In this document: in pieces, positions 62,044 through 64,000 of the stretch | How positions within the stretch are numbered: the stretch's first letter is position 1 | Layout: each line of letters starts with the position of its first letter | Notes under the pieces: model-generated | The model's input: the letters and a program-made list of their open reading frames with translations, nothing else | Database searches by the model: none | Told to the model about the DNA's origin: nothing | Made by a program: the position numbers and the translations under genes | DNA from: an uncultured delta proteobacterium | Lineage (GTDB): Bacteria > Desulfobacterota > Binatia > UBA9968 | Assembly: GCA_963728565.1 (NCBI GenBank) | Contig: CAVSLC010000013.1 | Location: 192,001-256,000 of the forward strand | Length of the DNA: 64,000 nt | Direction of reading: 5' to 3'

Positions 62044-63028
62044 TTAGGCGACTATCGCCGAAGCCATGCGGACAACGCTTTTTCTCATTGCTTGGGTGCC
62101 CATAGGTAATAGAACCGGCAGATTCAGGCCCGCTTTGACAAATCCCTCCAACTGTTTGCCGCATTGTGCCGTAGTCCCGGCTACAGAGTGGGCAAAAACC
62201 ACCTCGTCGGCGATATATTTCTTCGCCCCATCCCAATCTCGCCTGCCCACCGCTGCGGCCAATCCCTCCTGGTCGACTTTGCCGCCGCCGAGCCGAATGT
62301 TCTCGGCGTGGTGAGTGTTGCGAAAGATATATGCGAGAAAAAGCTTGTTGGCGTCGATAGCCTCACGCGGATTCTCTGAAACTGCCGCAGTGATAAAACC
62401 CGCTACATCGACCTGGTTGACCGATTTGCCGGCTTTCGCCGCGCCGCATCGGATTTCGGTAATGCACCGCGTGATATATGCCGGAGAGCACCCGCCCGAA
62501 AGCAAGACGCCATCGCCGATTTCACCCGCCAGCTGAAGCATTCGAGGCCGCACCGCAGTGACATACATTGGAATTGCCGTCGACGGCACCAACCCCATCT
62601 TTGGACCGTTCAGCCGAAACATCTCGCCTTTATAATCAACCGAATCTCCCTTCAACAATCGACGAAGGATGTCGACGTATTCACGCATCGTTTTCAAAGG
62701 GCGGGGCGACTCGATGCCGGCTTCTTTCAGTGCGGCGGCATTTCCAGTTCCCGGGCTGGCAATCACCCTCCCTGGCGCAAATTCCTCCATCGTAGCCAGC
62801 GACATGGCGGAGATGATCGGCGCGCGCGAATATGGACTCACCGGCGCGGGCGCGACCTTGATCCGTTGAGTCGAGGCGAGCAGAGCCATCGAGGTCGTTA
62901 GCGAATCTCTGAAAGCAGAGATGGTCGGACATCCAAAGCGACTCCATGCTAGCCTCATCGGCGAGCCGGGCGAGTTCGATCATCTCCTGAATTGAATAGA
63001 ATCCGTCAAAGCATAAGCCCAACCGCAT
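62044..63028 (-). CDS. LLM-class flavin/F420-dependent oxidoreductase; frameshift near 62915
   Basis: SLWMSDH, PYSRAP, MREYV, MLQLAGEIGDGVLL. Confidence 0.85.
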
Positions 63029-63105
63029 AAAGCCACCTTCCCTTTTTAGAGCCTTCATAAGTTCGCATGCCTCGTGTCATTGCTTCGGATTATCGGTTAG
63101 AACTG

Positions 63106-64000
63106 CTAAAACCCATTCTGCAAAATAACCGGCACGGTTTCCGCCGTGATATGCGCAAGCCCGATTTTTTCTAAAGTTAAACCTTCTCTTGAGTAATCGA
63201 TTCCATTAGCCACTGAAGCCAGCCTGATCAACGAGTTCATCACCGGAGTTACAATACCAAAGAGCCGGCCAATTTCGGCCATCGGCACCAAGCCGTATCC
63301 AACGTCTTCATGAAGGTAACGGTGATCAAGGCACGCCGGGGACTTGATCTTGAAGTTAGGCTCACTTTCATGAATCGCGCGATAAATGGAACCGCTGGCC
63401 CGTGCTTCAGCCGAAGTCAGCCCAGCTTGATAAAAGATATCGATGAAAGGTGTCGGCTTTAAGCCCGAGGCTCTTAACAATCTGCAAGCGCTCCTTATCG
63501 ACCTCTTCAATCCACGCCGCGATCGCCGGGGTTACTCCTTCGCGGTAATACAGAAAATTACCAGCGGTGTTTTCGATCCAACCCACGTTGCCGAGCATTC
63601 CCGCCGGATGCATGATGGCGTTGATGTTCGACAAACCCGTTTCAAGCACGTTCTGAGCAACTGTAACATTGGGGTAAATACTCTGAATTTCGCCGATCAA
63701 ATCGTCGGTGTTCGCTGCGGGAAAAGCGGCGCAGCGCAGATTCGTTGTGCGCCGATAGATTTCCACGTGGGCCGGTTTCACCATGCGGCAAATATAGGTC
63801 AGGGTCACAGTCTCGCAAAGTCTGACAGTGGCTTTATTACCGCACCGTCGCAGAATGTTGGCAAAATGCAGCGAGCCTCCAGTATGGCCGGGATTTAAGA
63901 GAATACGATTGGCCGTCTCTGTAAATGTGCTGCCATGCTTTGCGCCAGATATTCATGCGCAACCGCCGGCGCTGCAACAATAATCAGGTCCACGCCTTCG
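63106..64000 (-). CDS. NAD/NADP octopine/nopaline (opine) dehydrogenase family, 5' end outside the window, frameshifted
   Basis: LNPGHTGG, NINAIMHP, FLYYREGVTP, VDKER, HRYLHEDVGYGLVP, GLTLEKIGL. Confidence 0.85.

Overview
Bacterial chromosomal segment. The many orphan NMT1/SsuA- and Bug/TctC-type binding proteins, amidohydrolases and LLM oxidoreductase suggest a Candidatus Binatia / deltaproteobacterial-type genome (inference only). At least 15 genes are split by 1-bp indels, which looks like unpolished long-read consensus, so broken genes are not assumed to be real pseudogenes. Main blocks: (1) 0.1-6.1 kb: orphan binding proteins, a sigma54-preceded DUF4142 gene, a quinone oxidoreductase and an amidohydrolase. 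(2) 6.3-16.3 kb, the most interesting part: an expanded selenoneine-type cluster. senA and senB sit directly downstream of a cytoplasmic GH84 beta-N-acetylglucosaminidase, next to egtD, a betaine-type ABC importer, a LysE exporter, an exported stand-alone FGE/EgtB-C domain protein and an AmpG-like permease. No senC/selD is in the window. (3) 16.5-36.9 kb: a phosphate/polyphosphate supercluster (USP, PsiE, phoX remnant, ppk2, ppk1, ppx, degenerate LMW-PTP, sixA, CHAD, pstSCAB-phoU-phoBR, DUF47-PiT) with several 11-bp-period Pho-box-like arrays. (4) The conserved recR-ybaB-dnaX-ffs-tRNA-Ser ... tRNA-Ser-tadA locus, interrupted by an ~11 kb decayed island with sigma54-preceded small genes, an orphan Flp pilin, UvrD/RadC/TPR relics and an RpiR-controlled catabolic module. 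(5) 51.9-64 kb: binding proteins and an opine dehydrogenase / LLM / ABC / M20 peptidase run. Two homologous 26-aa membrane peptides missed by the ORF track lie 22 kb apart.
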